Positions 35,631 through 47,446 of a DNA stretch of 64,000 bases are shown piece by piece (the stretch's first letter is position 1; every line of letters starts with the position of its first letter). The stretch is from Rhizodiscina lignyota (lineage: Eukaryota): contig ML978128.1 in NCBI GenBank assembly GCA_010015805.1, positions 1,736,001-1,800,000 on the forward strand, written 5' to 3'. The position numbers and the translations under genes were made by a program. Under the pieces are notes generated by a model. The model searched no databases. It was given only the letters and a program-made list of their open reading frames with translations, and was not told the origin of the DNA.

Positions 35631-35806
35631 TGGGATAAGGTGCAGGACCTTGTGGATGAGACTTTAAGCTTTTACTCTAAGCCTAAATGATTAGACGTGC
35701 ATTGCATGGCGTAAAGGGCAATGGGAAGCGGAAAGCAGGGTGAATTTGGCGTAAGGCTGATTGCCAACATATATATATGAATTTTGAGTTCCAAACCATT
35801 AGATTT

Positions 35807-35895
35807 GCACAATTCGTCCAGTGGTTAGGATTCTGCCTTCCCAATAAAATATATTGGTACAGGCAGGGACACGAGTTCGAATCTCGTATTGTGCA
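35807..35895 (+). tRNA. tRNA-Gly(CCC) with 17-nt intron (35844-35860)
   Basis: Acceptor stem GCACAAT/ATTGTGC, D arm GTCC-AGTGGTTA-GGAT, anticodon stem CTGCC/GGCAG with TT-CCC-A, T arm ACGAG-TTCGAAT-CTCGT, downstream oligo-T Pol III terminator. Confidence 0.92.
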
Positions 35896-36547
35896 TATTT
35901 TTTTGCCATTTGCCAGCCCTTCGGCATACTTTGGTATGTCTCCTTCATTTTTGCCACGTTCATAGCTAGGCTCAGTGAATCAGATGCTTCATGATTCTGA
36001 TTCAGTTGAAATTGGGCTTGGACGATGGAGATGGTGCCCTGCCAGCTCATCAATTATGCAAGTGGCCGTCTTGGAAACGTGGTGCGAGGTCGATCTGATA
36101 GGACGGCAAGGTAGGCAGCAGCACCCTTACGGACATGAAGTAACACGGAGAAAAGTAGTGCGTGAGCGTCATCTAGCTCTCGTTCATTGCTGTTCACCTG
36201 CTAGTGTACAGAGAGCCAGAAAAATCATCCATCATGATAAGCCAGCCTGCCCATGGTCTTTAGAAAGCTATCGAGGCCTCTCCACTGAAAGAGTAACTGA
36301 AGAGAAGCCGGCCGATGCATTTCAGGATATCGGGCACAATCGTTGCATCCACCATGAAAGAGCAAAAAGAAACCACATAAGAGATGCCAATCGTTCCTGT
36401 GCCAGGCGCCTTGCCCGCGCCTGCTTCCTGAAAGATGAGAGATAGAGCTGTCCGCATGCCATTATGGTGTCGACCTAACGTTCGTCTGGAAGGATCATAC
36501 CGAGCATCCACAGACTATGGTCGTTTACGGGCTGCTGGCTTGGGGAT

Positions 36548-37020
36548 CTACTCTTCGTCTTCATCTTCTTCGGCAGCATCCTTGTGAGAGTTAGTGTGTT
36601 TTTAGAGGGATTGCGCGTGAACCACTGACAGCATTGTAGTCCTGCTTCTCCTTCTCATAGCGAGCCTTGTCGGCCTTAGCCTTGGCCTCGTAAGGACCCT
36701 TCTCCTTCTCGGTGAGCTCCTTCCACTTCTCACCGAGCATCTTGCCGACCTCGCCTGAAAAGCGCGTCAGCAATGCGGTTAGGACGCGTAGATGACGTAG
36801 AAGTACTCACCGAACTTGATGCCAGGGTTGTCCTCGCGAACCTTCTCACGGTTGTCGTTGGCAAAGAACATGTAGGCAGAGAGGCCTCTCTTGGGCGCGT
36901 TGGGATCTGTCACACTATTAGTAACCAATACCGAGATGGCGCGGCAGTGAGGAACAACGTACCCTTCTTCTTCTTGCTGGAGACGGCCTTGGCCTTGCGG
37001 GTGGTCTTTTCCTTAGGCAT
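36548..37020 (-). CDS. NHP6: HMG-box non-histone chromosomal protein Nhp6; 3 introns
   Basis: MPKEKTTRK...[47 protein letters not shown] after splicing; acidic tail. Confidence 0.96.
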
Positions 37021-37764
37021 GGTGGAAGCTGCGATACTTTAGTTGGTGTCCGTGGCGAGATTGATGTCGCACGGTGTTGTTTGGAAAGGTGAGTTTGGAG
37101 GGGGATGTGTAATATTAAAGTTGCTCGGAAGATTAACGCGACTTCAAAGGCAAAAAGCGCGTGTTGTGAAGAGGGATGACGCGATGTGTTGATGGGTGTT
37201 GTGGTGGAGAGAGCAGTATCGCGAAAGCTGCCCGGGCGCAAGGAAAACAATGCCAATGGCACGGGAAGAAGCTTCGGAAGCTGCAAGAAGGGTGAAACTT
37301 ACATTCTGGAGGTACGCGACCGGAATCTGATCAGAAGTTTTCCACTGCGACAGCAACAGATGTTAGTGGTGTTTACGTGACGTGCGGGCGTCGAGAACGG
37401 TGACGGCGACGTCGAACGTGGATTGCGAAGTTAGAGGCAGAAGAAGGGTGATAAAGCGAAATCAAAGGCAAATGAAGCCGGATTTCAAGTCTGAAAGCTG
37501 TTCTGTTGTGGGGGGGGAAATTGCAAATTGGGGCGTGTGGTCATTGCCTGGGACTACTCACCAAATGGGTTTGTATGGGCGAACTGCTAACAAAGTTACC
37601 ACGCAGTGAGGACTCAGGAGGAGCGCAGTGAAGGTTTGGTGAGGAGAGTTGGGGGGAGCCCACGCACGCAAATGTAGGCCAGCGCAGCCTGCCCTGCCCT
37701 GCTCCTGCCTGCCGCGCGACGGACTAACCAGTCCGGCCGCCGCAGCCTAACGCCGGATCAAAAC

Positions 37765-37780
37765 ATTACGTCACGTGACG
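37765..37780. promoter_or_regulatory. Overlapping CRE-like (TTACGTCA) site and 12-bp palindrome CGTCACGTGACG (E-box/Cbf1-type) in the NHP6 divergent promoter
   Basis: Perfect palindrome at 37769-37780. Confidence 0.45.
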
Positions 37781-38745
37781 CCTGTTCGCGTCATTCCTCC
37801 CTGCCCCTTCCAACTGCCTAACAGTGCTGTGTAATCTTTGCTTGTCAGCGCTGCCTCTTACGCCCGTACCGTGGGCATGTCGCGCGCTGCGTTATCTAAC
37901 ACGGCTGGGCCAATCACTCGCCGCCTCGCACGTATTTACAGAGCCAAGCTGGTGCTCGTAAGCATGCTGCGAAACGGGGGTACAATCGAGCTCAGCTCAG
38001 GCTGGCCCAGTCCAATGCACGCTGGATAAGGCTCCCTTTCCTGATGTCTCGCCCACTCCGAGATAACCACCAGCCCTCCCAGCCGAGGAGTAGCACTCTC
38101 AAACTGAGGGCGAGCAGCACAGCTGTATATGTGAAGGCTTTGAGCATGCAGTTGTCTATGGAGCTGGCAAGCTCCGAAGCCTCCAAAGTTCCAGCTTGCG
38201 TGACTGTATTGGAAATCAGTGCTGTGGGAGGCAATGTGGCCTCCTCTCTACTTCACATGCTCGAACGTGCTCCCCTCTGCAAAAATCCACAGACCAGGAA
38301 ACTTAGATCTCTCCTTCACTCTCCTAAATCTTCAGATTTCGTGCCCTTCAAACCATCACGATCACATCGATCCCCACTTGCATTCTAGTGTGAAACAAAG
38401 CACACGAAATGTCAAGCCCAATGACTGATGTTGCAGTTGAAACGGGAGCCATATGCTCTACATCCATTGCACAGAGCTAAAGAAGTAGTGAAAAAGCTAC
38501 TCAACTTGAAGGTGGCCACTGACTTTCAAAATCCTTCCACTTCTCAATACCCTTTACGACCAACTCATCAACCAAGTCACGAATGACGGTAAGCCTTCAA
38601 CTTGCGATCTTCCTTCACCCTGGGAAGCTTCTCTTCTTGATCACTGCTCCTGAGCTCTTGACTGCTTCAACCACCTGCTGCTCAGAGTCCCACTTACTTC
38701 ACTCTCAGGTCTGCTCCTGCCAGAAGTCATAGCATCACAGCAAAG

Positions 38746-40872
38746 ATGGGCTCAATCGGCTCCAGCTCTTCTGAGGTTTGTGAACTTCAACAAATACATG
38801 CCATACATATGTCTCATCCTAACCCATCAGTCAGCCTCGACGGTACTCAGACTTCATTAACCCCACCATGCCCTACTCGAATGCATTCACTACTGGCTCG
38901 CACTGGCTGTTTGACTACAGAGGTAAAAAATGGCCAATCATAGTGCCTGCCAAAGACATGATCCCACCAGAGGTCAAGAGAAAAGACCCCGGAGGGTACT
39001 CGATTCCGGTTCTGCGATACGGCAAATACGACTTCTTTTGGGCCCAACCAAACGACCTCTTAGAGTACGTCCCATATTCTCGGCCTCGAGCCAGAGAAGG
39101 AAATCACAATACGCCCGAATCCCAGCAAACAGAATTTGATCGTGCGCATGAGGAGGGTTTAGGCATGGAAAACCTAGACTACTTCCGATCTGCACTCTAC
39201 GCTAAAGCATTGGCTTCTGGCAAAATAAGACAAGATTCCGTGGAGCCAGTACGCAAGCGAAGCCACGAAGAAGCTATCACAAATGGCTTGGAGACTAACC
39301 CGGTCGTGGTCTTGGGCGATAGCGAAGATCTTTCTAGCCAGGAAGGCGAAGACCGGATATTTAGATCCCCCTTTGCAAAGAAAGTTCGATTCGAAGACTA
39401 CGAAGTCGACGACAGCGAGCCGGAGGAGGTTTCGCCAAAGAGCGAAACAACTACTCAGTCGATTGAGGACAAGTTACCACCACCGAAAAAGATCAAACTA
39501 AATTTGTCTCAAGGTGAGCATAAGCTTGTCATTAACACGGAGAGGATACCATTGAGGAGACGCGATCCAGTTTGGCTGGGATTCGTTAATGTTCTACCAG
39601 ATGAACGAAGGGATTCGAAAGGAATCATCGACCTCTCGAACAGAAAGGTGGGAGATGAGGCCGATAGCAGCAAAGATTGGCGTTTCAAGAAGCCGCCACT
39701 GCCAGCCAAGACTCCAAAGATCAAGGAGCCTTTACCAATTCCCCGGAGTTCCGGGACTGCAGCGAAGTCCGTTGAGTCGGACAGCGATGACAGCGAGGAG
39801 GAAGAAGATGAGAACACTCAAAGAGAACCCATCGACCTTCAAAAGATTGCCAGAGATCACTTGCCGTAAGACTATTTGATCAAGTATCAGAGACAAACCG
39901 CTGTAAAAGGCTGACAATTTGCAGTGAGGACCCTGACATGGCGCTCATGCTGATCGGCGACACTCCAGGTGTCTTCCAAGTTCCCTTCAACAAGATCAAA
40001 TCGAATAGGTATCTGGATGAGTGCGCGGCACCGATTGATGTCGTCCTGGATAACGCCGTGATGAGAAGGGTGTGGGTGGTGTCTCGTGCTGCTTGGGATG
40101 AATTAAATCCGTCCGCCTTCACTCATATAGCAGCATATCTCCGACGCGGCGACTTCGAGCCGAAAATCGTACCAAACGCAGCTGGCGAATACATTCTCGA
40201 AGACGTCTACGAGGAAGAGGAGCGGTTCTCTGAAATGGAAAACCTTCCGAGGATCTTCGTGTTAGCTCGCGACCTACAAATCTTTGACATTTTCACGAAC
40301 CTTTCCACGCGCTTTAACTTGTTGAAGCCATGGCCTCCAACATTGCTGTTGTTCATGGCGAGAGCAGTGCTCAGAGAGGATTTCACCGGACACGATGGCG
40401 ATGAAGCTATGCGAGACCTGATAAAGGATCACATCGCACGGGATTTTTGGGGAATCAACCAATCGGATAACACGAAAAATCTTGAGGGCGTTATGGAACT
40501 CGACCGTCAATGGTCTTCAGAGATGCTGAAAGACCTCGCAGACATCTATGCCGGTAACGACAAGAAACCCGACTTCACTGCTGGCTGGGGCAATATGCTG
40601 ACAGAAGAGCCTCAACAATAGGCGCAGAAGAAGAGCCTGTGTTGAACATCCTGAACCTCGAAGCGAGATACTGCCTCTATATGAGACAGAAGGTCAGACA
40701 ACGCCAGCAGGAGCTTCAAAGGCTGTACCCGAACGGCGACAGCGTACCATCGATTTTCAAAGGGGCAAACGAACCGCCCAAGACCATGGACGATGCGAAG
40801 TCCAGGGCACCAACGAAGCACAGGAGAGTGAGCTTATTGAGGAACTCGAAGAATGCTTGGGACCCGACTTAA
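38746..40872 (+). CDS. Uncharacterised protein with divergent PWWP-like N-terminal domain and BTB/POZ-like C-terminal domain; introns 38776-38834, 39866-39924, 40554-40621
   Basis: Three canonical introns join ORFs 38868-39869, 39938-40621 and 40639-40872 in frame; WPIIV..DMIP / IPVLRYGKYDFFW (PWWP-like); LIGDTPGVFQVP / LNPSAFTHIAAYLRRGDF (BTB-like). Confidence 0.7.
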
Positions 40873-41154
40873 TGGTTTGGACTTATTCAACCTTTCAGCA
40901 TGGCGTACCGGATCCCACAAACTCTGTGATACCCTGCATGGAAAAGGCGTTGGATAATGGGCTATGGAATGCCCCTTTCTTGTATTAGGCGTTCTGAATT
41001 CTATGCTCGTTCGTTTCAAATGATCTTCTCAAGGCTGAGATTGGAATCCAATACTCGTACACCCAATCATACACCTTCTCATACCGGTGCCTTGTTCTCT
41101 TAAGCAAGCAACCTGCGCCATGCTGTGCCATCGATCTAGTCCAATTAATACAAC

Positions 41155-42144
41155 CTACAACCAAGGGCCGAAGATCGGTATCCTCGAAAACAACCCATCA
41201 TACTCCTTCGCCAACCATCCCTGCGATGGCCCTCCTCTTCCCACGACGCCCAAGCCTCCTGCCAGCCACAACACCGCAAGGCCAGCACTAATTGCATTAA
41301 CAGCATACCATCTCCTCTTTCTGCTTATCTGGCCATCGTATCCCCCCTGCGTTACTTGCGCCGGACTCCATCCCAACCACCGCGCCCACCCCCACACCAC
41401 ATGCCAACTCATGACCCCCAAGAGCGGCACATACACCGCAAAGCTGGCCAACGGATGCCGCGCAAACCCGTGTGCCACATACTCCAGCCCGATGTTCGCA
41501 TTCCCGCCCTCCTGCCACAGCGTCAGGATGCGATTGACAAACGCGTGCGCGCCCACCAGCGGCACCAACGCAAGCCCCAAAGCGCTGGTGCCGCTGAGCT
41601 TCGGCCAGGGGATGCGTCGCCGCTGCGAGTGCGTCTCGGCGCCGTATCGTTTGGCGATTTCACGGCGGCGGTACAGCCGCAGCGTCAGGCCGGAGAGGAT
41701 GTGGATGGTGAGCGGAGCGGCGACGACGATGGCTTCGAGCGGGAAGGATTGGTAGTAGGGCCGCGTGAGGAGGAGATAGTTGTCTGCGCGGTGGACGGAG
41801 CGCGTGAACAAGGGGATGATGGCGGTATTGGTTAAGTGGGCGGCGGTGAAGAGGGTGAAGGCGTAAGAGGAGTATTTTTGCAGGCGAGTCACTGGGATTC
41901 GGTCAGTATAAGGTATGATCATTAGGTTTGGCGGAGGAGAGGGAAGCGGACAGTAGAATACGGGGCCATGGCTTCCAAGTCCTAGATTTGTGGAGCGTGA
42001 TAATATCGGCGGAGGACGATCTGATGATGAGGATGGTGGGAAGTAGCTCGATTCGTTATCGAAGGGAGTCTCGTCGACAGGTGAGGGCTCGAGTTCTTGT
42101 AGGCCGAAGGCTTCTGAAGCCACTGAATCGCGCTTCTCGTCCAT
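41155..42144 (-). CDS. Mitochondrial outer-membrane Mcp1-like protein (DUF1691); one intron about 41892-41952
   Basis: RLQKYSSYAF, HLTNT, YLLLTRPYYQ, HILSGL, several TM helices. Confidence 0.8.
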   Translation of the reverse strand: MDEKRDSVASEAFGLQELEPSPVDETPFDNESSYFPPSSSSDRPPPILSRSTNLGLGSHGPVFYCPLPSPPPNLMIIPYTDRIPVTRLQKYSSYAFTLFTAAHLTNTAIIPLFTRSVHRADNYLLLTRPYYQSFPLEAIVVAAPLTIHILSGLTLRLYRRREIAKRYGAETHSQRRRIPWPKLSGTSALGLALVPLVGAHAFVNRILTLWQEGGNANIGLEYVAHGFARHPLASFAVYVPLLGVMSWHVVWGWARWLGWSPAQVTQGGYDGQISRKRRWYAVNAISAGLAVLWLAGGLGVVGRGGPSQGWLAKEYDGLFSRIPIFGPWL

Positions 42145-42371
42145 TGCTAGGGGGATGGAGGAGGATAGCGAAATGCGACAAAGAGAGAAGTGGTGATAGA
42201 CGCGGCGCGTGGCATGAGATCGCCTGACAGGGGTACCTCGGAGGTGGTCATTTGTGGGGTATCGTCTCGAAAATTTCGGACTTCGCAGATTCAATTTTGT
42301 ATATATTCATGTCTGATATATGATATAGCTGTCAATTTGATTTTCAATTCTGTTGCTATCCTGTCTTCATA

Positions 42372-43455
42372 ATGGCTCCGATCCATAAGATCGCCGTAGT
42401 TCAACTTCATCCTAAAGTACGTCATATCATGCGGCATGTCAGAAACTACGAGAAGTACTGAATGTCGGCACAGCCTTTACAAATCGAGCAAAACTTCAAT
42501 AAAGCTGCCGAGTATATACGTTCTGCTGCTACCCAAAAGGCAGAGCTAGTAGTTCTACCAGAATGTAATCTCACATCGTCCGCTTTGCTACTACGTCTCT
42601 CACATCGTCATAGATCACTTGACCAATTGGGTCCCAAAAAAGGAAGGCTTCCTTGAAGCCTGTGGCGAGTGGGAAACATATCTCAAAAAGTACCAAGATC
42701 TCGCGAAGGAGTGCAATATCTGTATTGTACCCGGTACCATCGTCGAGCGGCATCGCGAGGCCGAGAAGGACGAGGACAAGCTGCTAAATGTAGCATACTT
42801 TATCGACAGTCACGGCCAAATACTGGGGAGATATGTCAAGAAGAATTTATGGTCAGTCAATGATTCTAAGCACTAAAAGATGATGGCACCTTGGCTGAGG
42901 AACTGGCTTAGGGGCAACATCGAACGAGACCATTTAACCTCGTCAAGCCGGGATCCTCATGAAGTCTTCGATACACCGTTAGGAAAAGTAGGACTACTGG
43001 TCTGCTGGGATATTGCTTTCCCCGAAGCCTTCCGCGAACTCATTGCCCAAGGCGCACAGCTCATCGTCTGCCCGACATTCTGGACGTTAAATGATTGCTC
43101 GAAACTCGGACTCGGTATCAATCCCACCGCAGAGGCTCTCTTCCTCGACTCTATCCTAACAGCAAGGTGTTTCGAGAACACATGTGCAATTGCATTTGCG
43201 AATGCGGGAGGGCCACCTGGAAGAGGGTATGCGGGAATTAGCCAGATTTGTATGCCTTACTCTGGAGCGGTGGCGAGATTAGGAGGTTGTGGAGAGGGTA
43301 TGGCGGTTGCAGAGGTTGATTACCACGTCTTGGAGGATGCGGAGCAGAATTATCAAGTCAGAGCGGATTTGGCGCGAGCTGATTGGCATTATGACTACAG
43401 ACATAACAAAGATGATGGTGGTGAAGACACGAGTCAGGACAAATCGAAGCTTTGA
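42372..43455 (+). CDS. Carbon-nitrogen hydrolase (nitrilase superfamily), C-terminal SKL; 3 introns
   Basis: KIAVVQL, LVVLPE (catalytic Glu), YVKKNLW (Lys), GLLVCWDIAFPE (Cys), ARCFEN. Confidence 0.93.
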
Positions 43456-44097
43456 TTATGGACTCGTCTTCCATTATCGATATTCGTATTGAAATGATCC
43501 GCTACAACATGGTCTCTGTCAAAGTCGCATTAAATACCGAAATCAATTTGCTGATGGGTATCTATCTGTACAATCTCCTCAAGTCGAAACCCAGCACCCC
43601 TTGAAGTCAACTCCCAGCAATGTTATCACCGACGCCTAATAGAAAAGACCTGCACAGCGGCAGCAGCTACCGTGGATGAGAAAAGAATAATAGGGTAGGT
43701 AGCAAAAGGCACAATAGGTGGCAGCGAAGGGGAAAGAAAGGCCAGCCGTTTAGGTACAGAGAATGGAAAATGAAAGGTGTGGTAACGCTGAGAACGAAAC
43801 CTTGGAATAAGCCCGCCAATGAAAAGCAAATTTCCAAGTCAACGACGCTGGGATATAACGTTCGCCTAGCATACATGACTCTTAAGGAAATGGCGTGATG
43901 GAGAGCGAGAAATAGCTATTCAGGGCGTAATATGTGCTGATAAACCGCTAGGGGTCGTGTCCTGAGCAATCTATGCAAGAGCTCGGAAGCGTAGGTGCTC
44001 TATTAGAGCACGAAGCTGGTAGGACGTGAGGCCAGGAAGGGTCAGGCATTGATGTATTTCGGGGAGAGTGCGTTTGGGACCATGGAACCAGGAGAGC

Positions 44098-45674
44098 TCA
44101 AGCGGCGATGGTGCTATCCGCCCAGTTCAGCCCAATCCCACCACCACGCAACCCCAACGGCAGCCCATCATCCTCAGCGCCCGAAGAAGTATCGTCAGTG
44201 CCATCGATGTCGAGGACATCAAATCGATTCGCAAGCGATGGGGCTGGCTTCTTCGTCTGCGCCACCTGTGCCGTCTTCCACGGCGGACTCGACTTCTGAC
44301 GCGGCTGGGGCAGAGGCCCGGCGCACTCATCCGGATACCATTCGATTTTGTTACCCTTGTACTTGGCGCGCGACATCATGCAGGTGCGGGCGAAGAGTGC
44401 GTTGTGGATACTGTTGGTCGAGACGTACCAGTCGCCGTTCTTGCTTGTGGCGGAGACGACGACGAGGTTGTGGATGTGCTCTAGATCCTCACGGAGGCTC
44501 TGCTCTGTGATTGGCGTCTGACTCGAAGGATTTGAAGTTTGGCGGGTATTGTTGCGGATGACGAGATTGCGGGTCGCTCCCGACGCGATCTTGTTGGCAA
44601 CGTGATACGGGAGGTGGAATTGGCGGTCATTCCAGCGTATTTCGAGCTGCGTCGCAATCAGTCTAGGAGTCCAACAATTGCAATCTCTCATTATAATCGA
44701 CGTACTCTCTTGCCATGCATATAGAAGTCATTGCGTTTTGCGTACGCAACAAAGTCTGCAGCGCCCTCTACAAAGGACACAGTAGCTGAGCGGTCGTTAC
44801 GGAGGTAGACATCCAGTAGCCTTCCACCACGAAGGATGCCCACCAGGTCTTGATGTGTTGCTCTATCTGAGAGATTCGAGATCAAGATTGTGCGCTGGTC
44901 ATTTCGAGGAAACGGCGCTCTAGCAGCGTACGCATCGGTGCTCTCCGGCATGAAATGTTCATCTTGACCAGGTGATTCTACCGATGCTCCAAAACTACTC
45001 TTCCGATCAATTCCCGTGCGAGCATTCAGATAACTCGTTGTGCTGTTGAGATTGTTGGACGCTTGTGGGGTTGTCGATGAATCGGGGTTGGTTATGGTGA
45101 CTGGCACAGTCTTAGGAACGGTAAAGGTCGATTCCCAAGGCTCTACTTTAACGAAGTCGTCGTCGCTGGAAGGAGCTCCAGATATCAGAACATCGAGAGT
45201 TTCGGCGGTTAATCCACCACGAAAGAGGGCGGTGCGGAGGATGCCTGCATCGACGGGTCAGGAGGGGTATCGGACATTAGACGAAGGAGTGAGCCATACT
45301 GTACTCTCGTTCGGCACGAGTCTAGAATTTGTTAGCTCGTGGCAGTGGTTGGGGGTGAGCGTGTCCTACCAATCGTGCATGTTCAACCTTTGAGATGATA
45401 ACTTCATCCACGATCTTGTCCTTCCGCTCATCCTGGTCGGTATGCTACAAGAAGCTCGTATCAACCATTGTCGACTAATTTATATCTTGTCGCAACTGGG
45501 AAACTAACAAATTCGGCTCTGTCAAGGTGCAATATTAGCAATTGATCGTAGCAGCACACAGAGCGGCATGGCCAGCTCTAGAACAGCTTGCAAACGGAGC
45601 ACAAGGATGAGACAAACTCACCGGCGCAACAAAGCCTCAAAATAAGTCTTGCCTATAGTGACGGTCTCTGCCAT
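44098..45674 (-). CDS. RRM-domain RNA-binding protein; multi-exon including 10-nt and 22-nt micro-exons
   Basis: Spliced N-terminus MAETVTIGKTYFEALLRRAEFH; RTILISNL / LRGGRLLDV and GATRNLVI / HIHNLVVV / NSIHNALFARTCMMSR RRM-like domains. Confidence 0.8.
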
Positions 45675-45899
45675 GATCGCACACACTCAGGCTCCACGAA
45701 TAAACAAAGGGTAGGGTCGAGAAATGAGATCTTGACAACAGCCGACTCGTGCGGCGCTTCTACTTTCAGGCTGGGGAAGCGCTTGGCGTGCATACAATAT
45801 TGCAGGGATCAGGTCTGCTGCAGCTTCCATCGCCGCACATCTTGCATCACTCGTCCCAACTCCCCATCGTCCTTTCGCCTACTGCAAATGTGAGAGTTC

Positions 45900-47446
45900 A
45901 TGGACCGCAATGTCGCTGTGGCAACGTCGCCGCAGGCGCCCTCGAACCGCGAAGGACTGGCCGACATTGCCGACCAGTTGAAGAGCGGAAGTGGTGACGG
46001 AGGCAGCTCAATTTTCGGGCAGCTCACGAGCAACCCATTCTTCACAGCCGTATGCCCTCGTAATGCTGCGATGATGCTCTCTAGGCATTGCCAATTAACT
46101 TCCAATAGGGATTTGGTCTCGCGGCTCTTGCTGCCACCGCAAGATTCGGCCAGCGCGGCCTGAAATATGGCGCTGAACTGGCCCGTCGACGTCTGCTCGT
46201 CGAGGTCGAGATAACCCGTCACGATGATGCGTATCCGTGGCTGTTGCGCTGGATATCTGCGCATCATCAGGCTCAGCTCTCAGGAACCTCGGTAATTCCG
46301 GGAATGCCGAGTAATGAGAAGAATGGCGTACTGGCCTCTCTCATAAAGAGGTTCACACCGGGTCTTCACCATCTCCAGATCCAGACGGCGAGGATCAATC
46401 GTCCAGACGGTTCATCACATACGAAGTTTTCGCTTGTGCCAGGGCAAGGCAGACACATCCTGCGCTACCGTAATGCGTTCATCTCTGTTACCCGTCAGCG
46501 AGACAAGTCATTTGACATGGCTACCGGTACTCCCTTCGAAACCGTAACGCTTACGACCCTCTACGCACACCGTCATGTCTTTGAGAATCTGTTCACTGAA
46601 GCGCATCAATTAGCACAGCGGCTACAAGAGGGCAAGACTACAATGTATACAGCATGGGGCATGGACTGGCGGCCATTTGGCGAGCCAAAGAGGAAACGAC
46701 CACTCGAGTCAGTCGTTCTGGAAGAAGGTGTCAAAGAGAAGATTCTAGAGGATGTCCGCGCATTCCTGGAAGCTCGCACATGGTACTTAGACCGCGGGAT
46801 ACCTTACCGCCGCGGATACTTGCTTTACGGTCCTCCCGGTACTGGGAAGAGCTCCTTTATTCAAGCACTAGCAGGGGAACTTGACTTCAACATTGCACTC
46901 TTGAACGTCAGCGAGCGCGGTTTGACAGACGACCGGCTGAACCACCTGTTGACAAAGGTCCCTCCGCGGACCATGGTGCTCCTCGAAGATGCAGACGCTG
47001 CATTCACGAACCGCCGTGTAGTGGATGGGGAGGGCTATGCCGGAGCGACAGTAACGTTCTCCGGACTGCTCAACGCGCTTGACGGAGTAGCCAGCGCAGA
47101 AGAACGCATCATCTTCCTCACAACGAATCATGTTGAGCGACTTGATGAAGCTCTCATTAGACCGGGCCGAGTCGACATGACGGTCAGATTGGGTGAGGCG
47201 ACGGAAGGGCAGATTGGACAGCTCTGGGATCGGTTCTATTCCGAAAATGATCCGGATGGCACATATAAGGCACGCTTCATGGAGCGGGTCAGGGAGCTTG
47301 GTCTGGCCAACGCAGCCAGTCCTGCTGCTTTTCAAGGCCTGTTTTTGTACAATAAGGGCAACATGGACGGCGCGATTGCGACGGTGCCGGAGCTCGGGAG
47401 AGGGCGTAAAAACCATACTCAGGGCGCTGCTCAATCGGGCGCGTAA
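45900..47446 (+). CDS. BCS1: Mitochondrial AAA chaperone Bcs1; intron 46050-46108
   Basis: NPFFTAGFGL TM segment, RGIPYRRGYLLYGPPGTGKSS, LLEDAD, VTFSGLLNALDGV, ALIRPGRVD. Confidence 0.96.

Noticed and set aside
35975..36511. 156-aa plus ORF and 83-aa minus ORF between the tRNA and NHP6
   Set aside because: Non-ATG or weak starts, no domain features; the region is most simply the NHP6 3' UTR and intergenic DNA
41087..41835. 222-aa and 159-aa plus-strand ORFs
   Set aside because: Antisense shadows of the Mcp1-like gene
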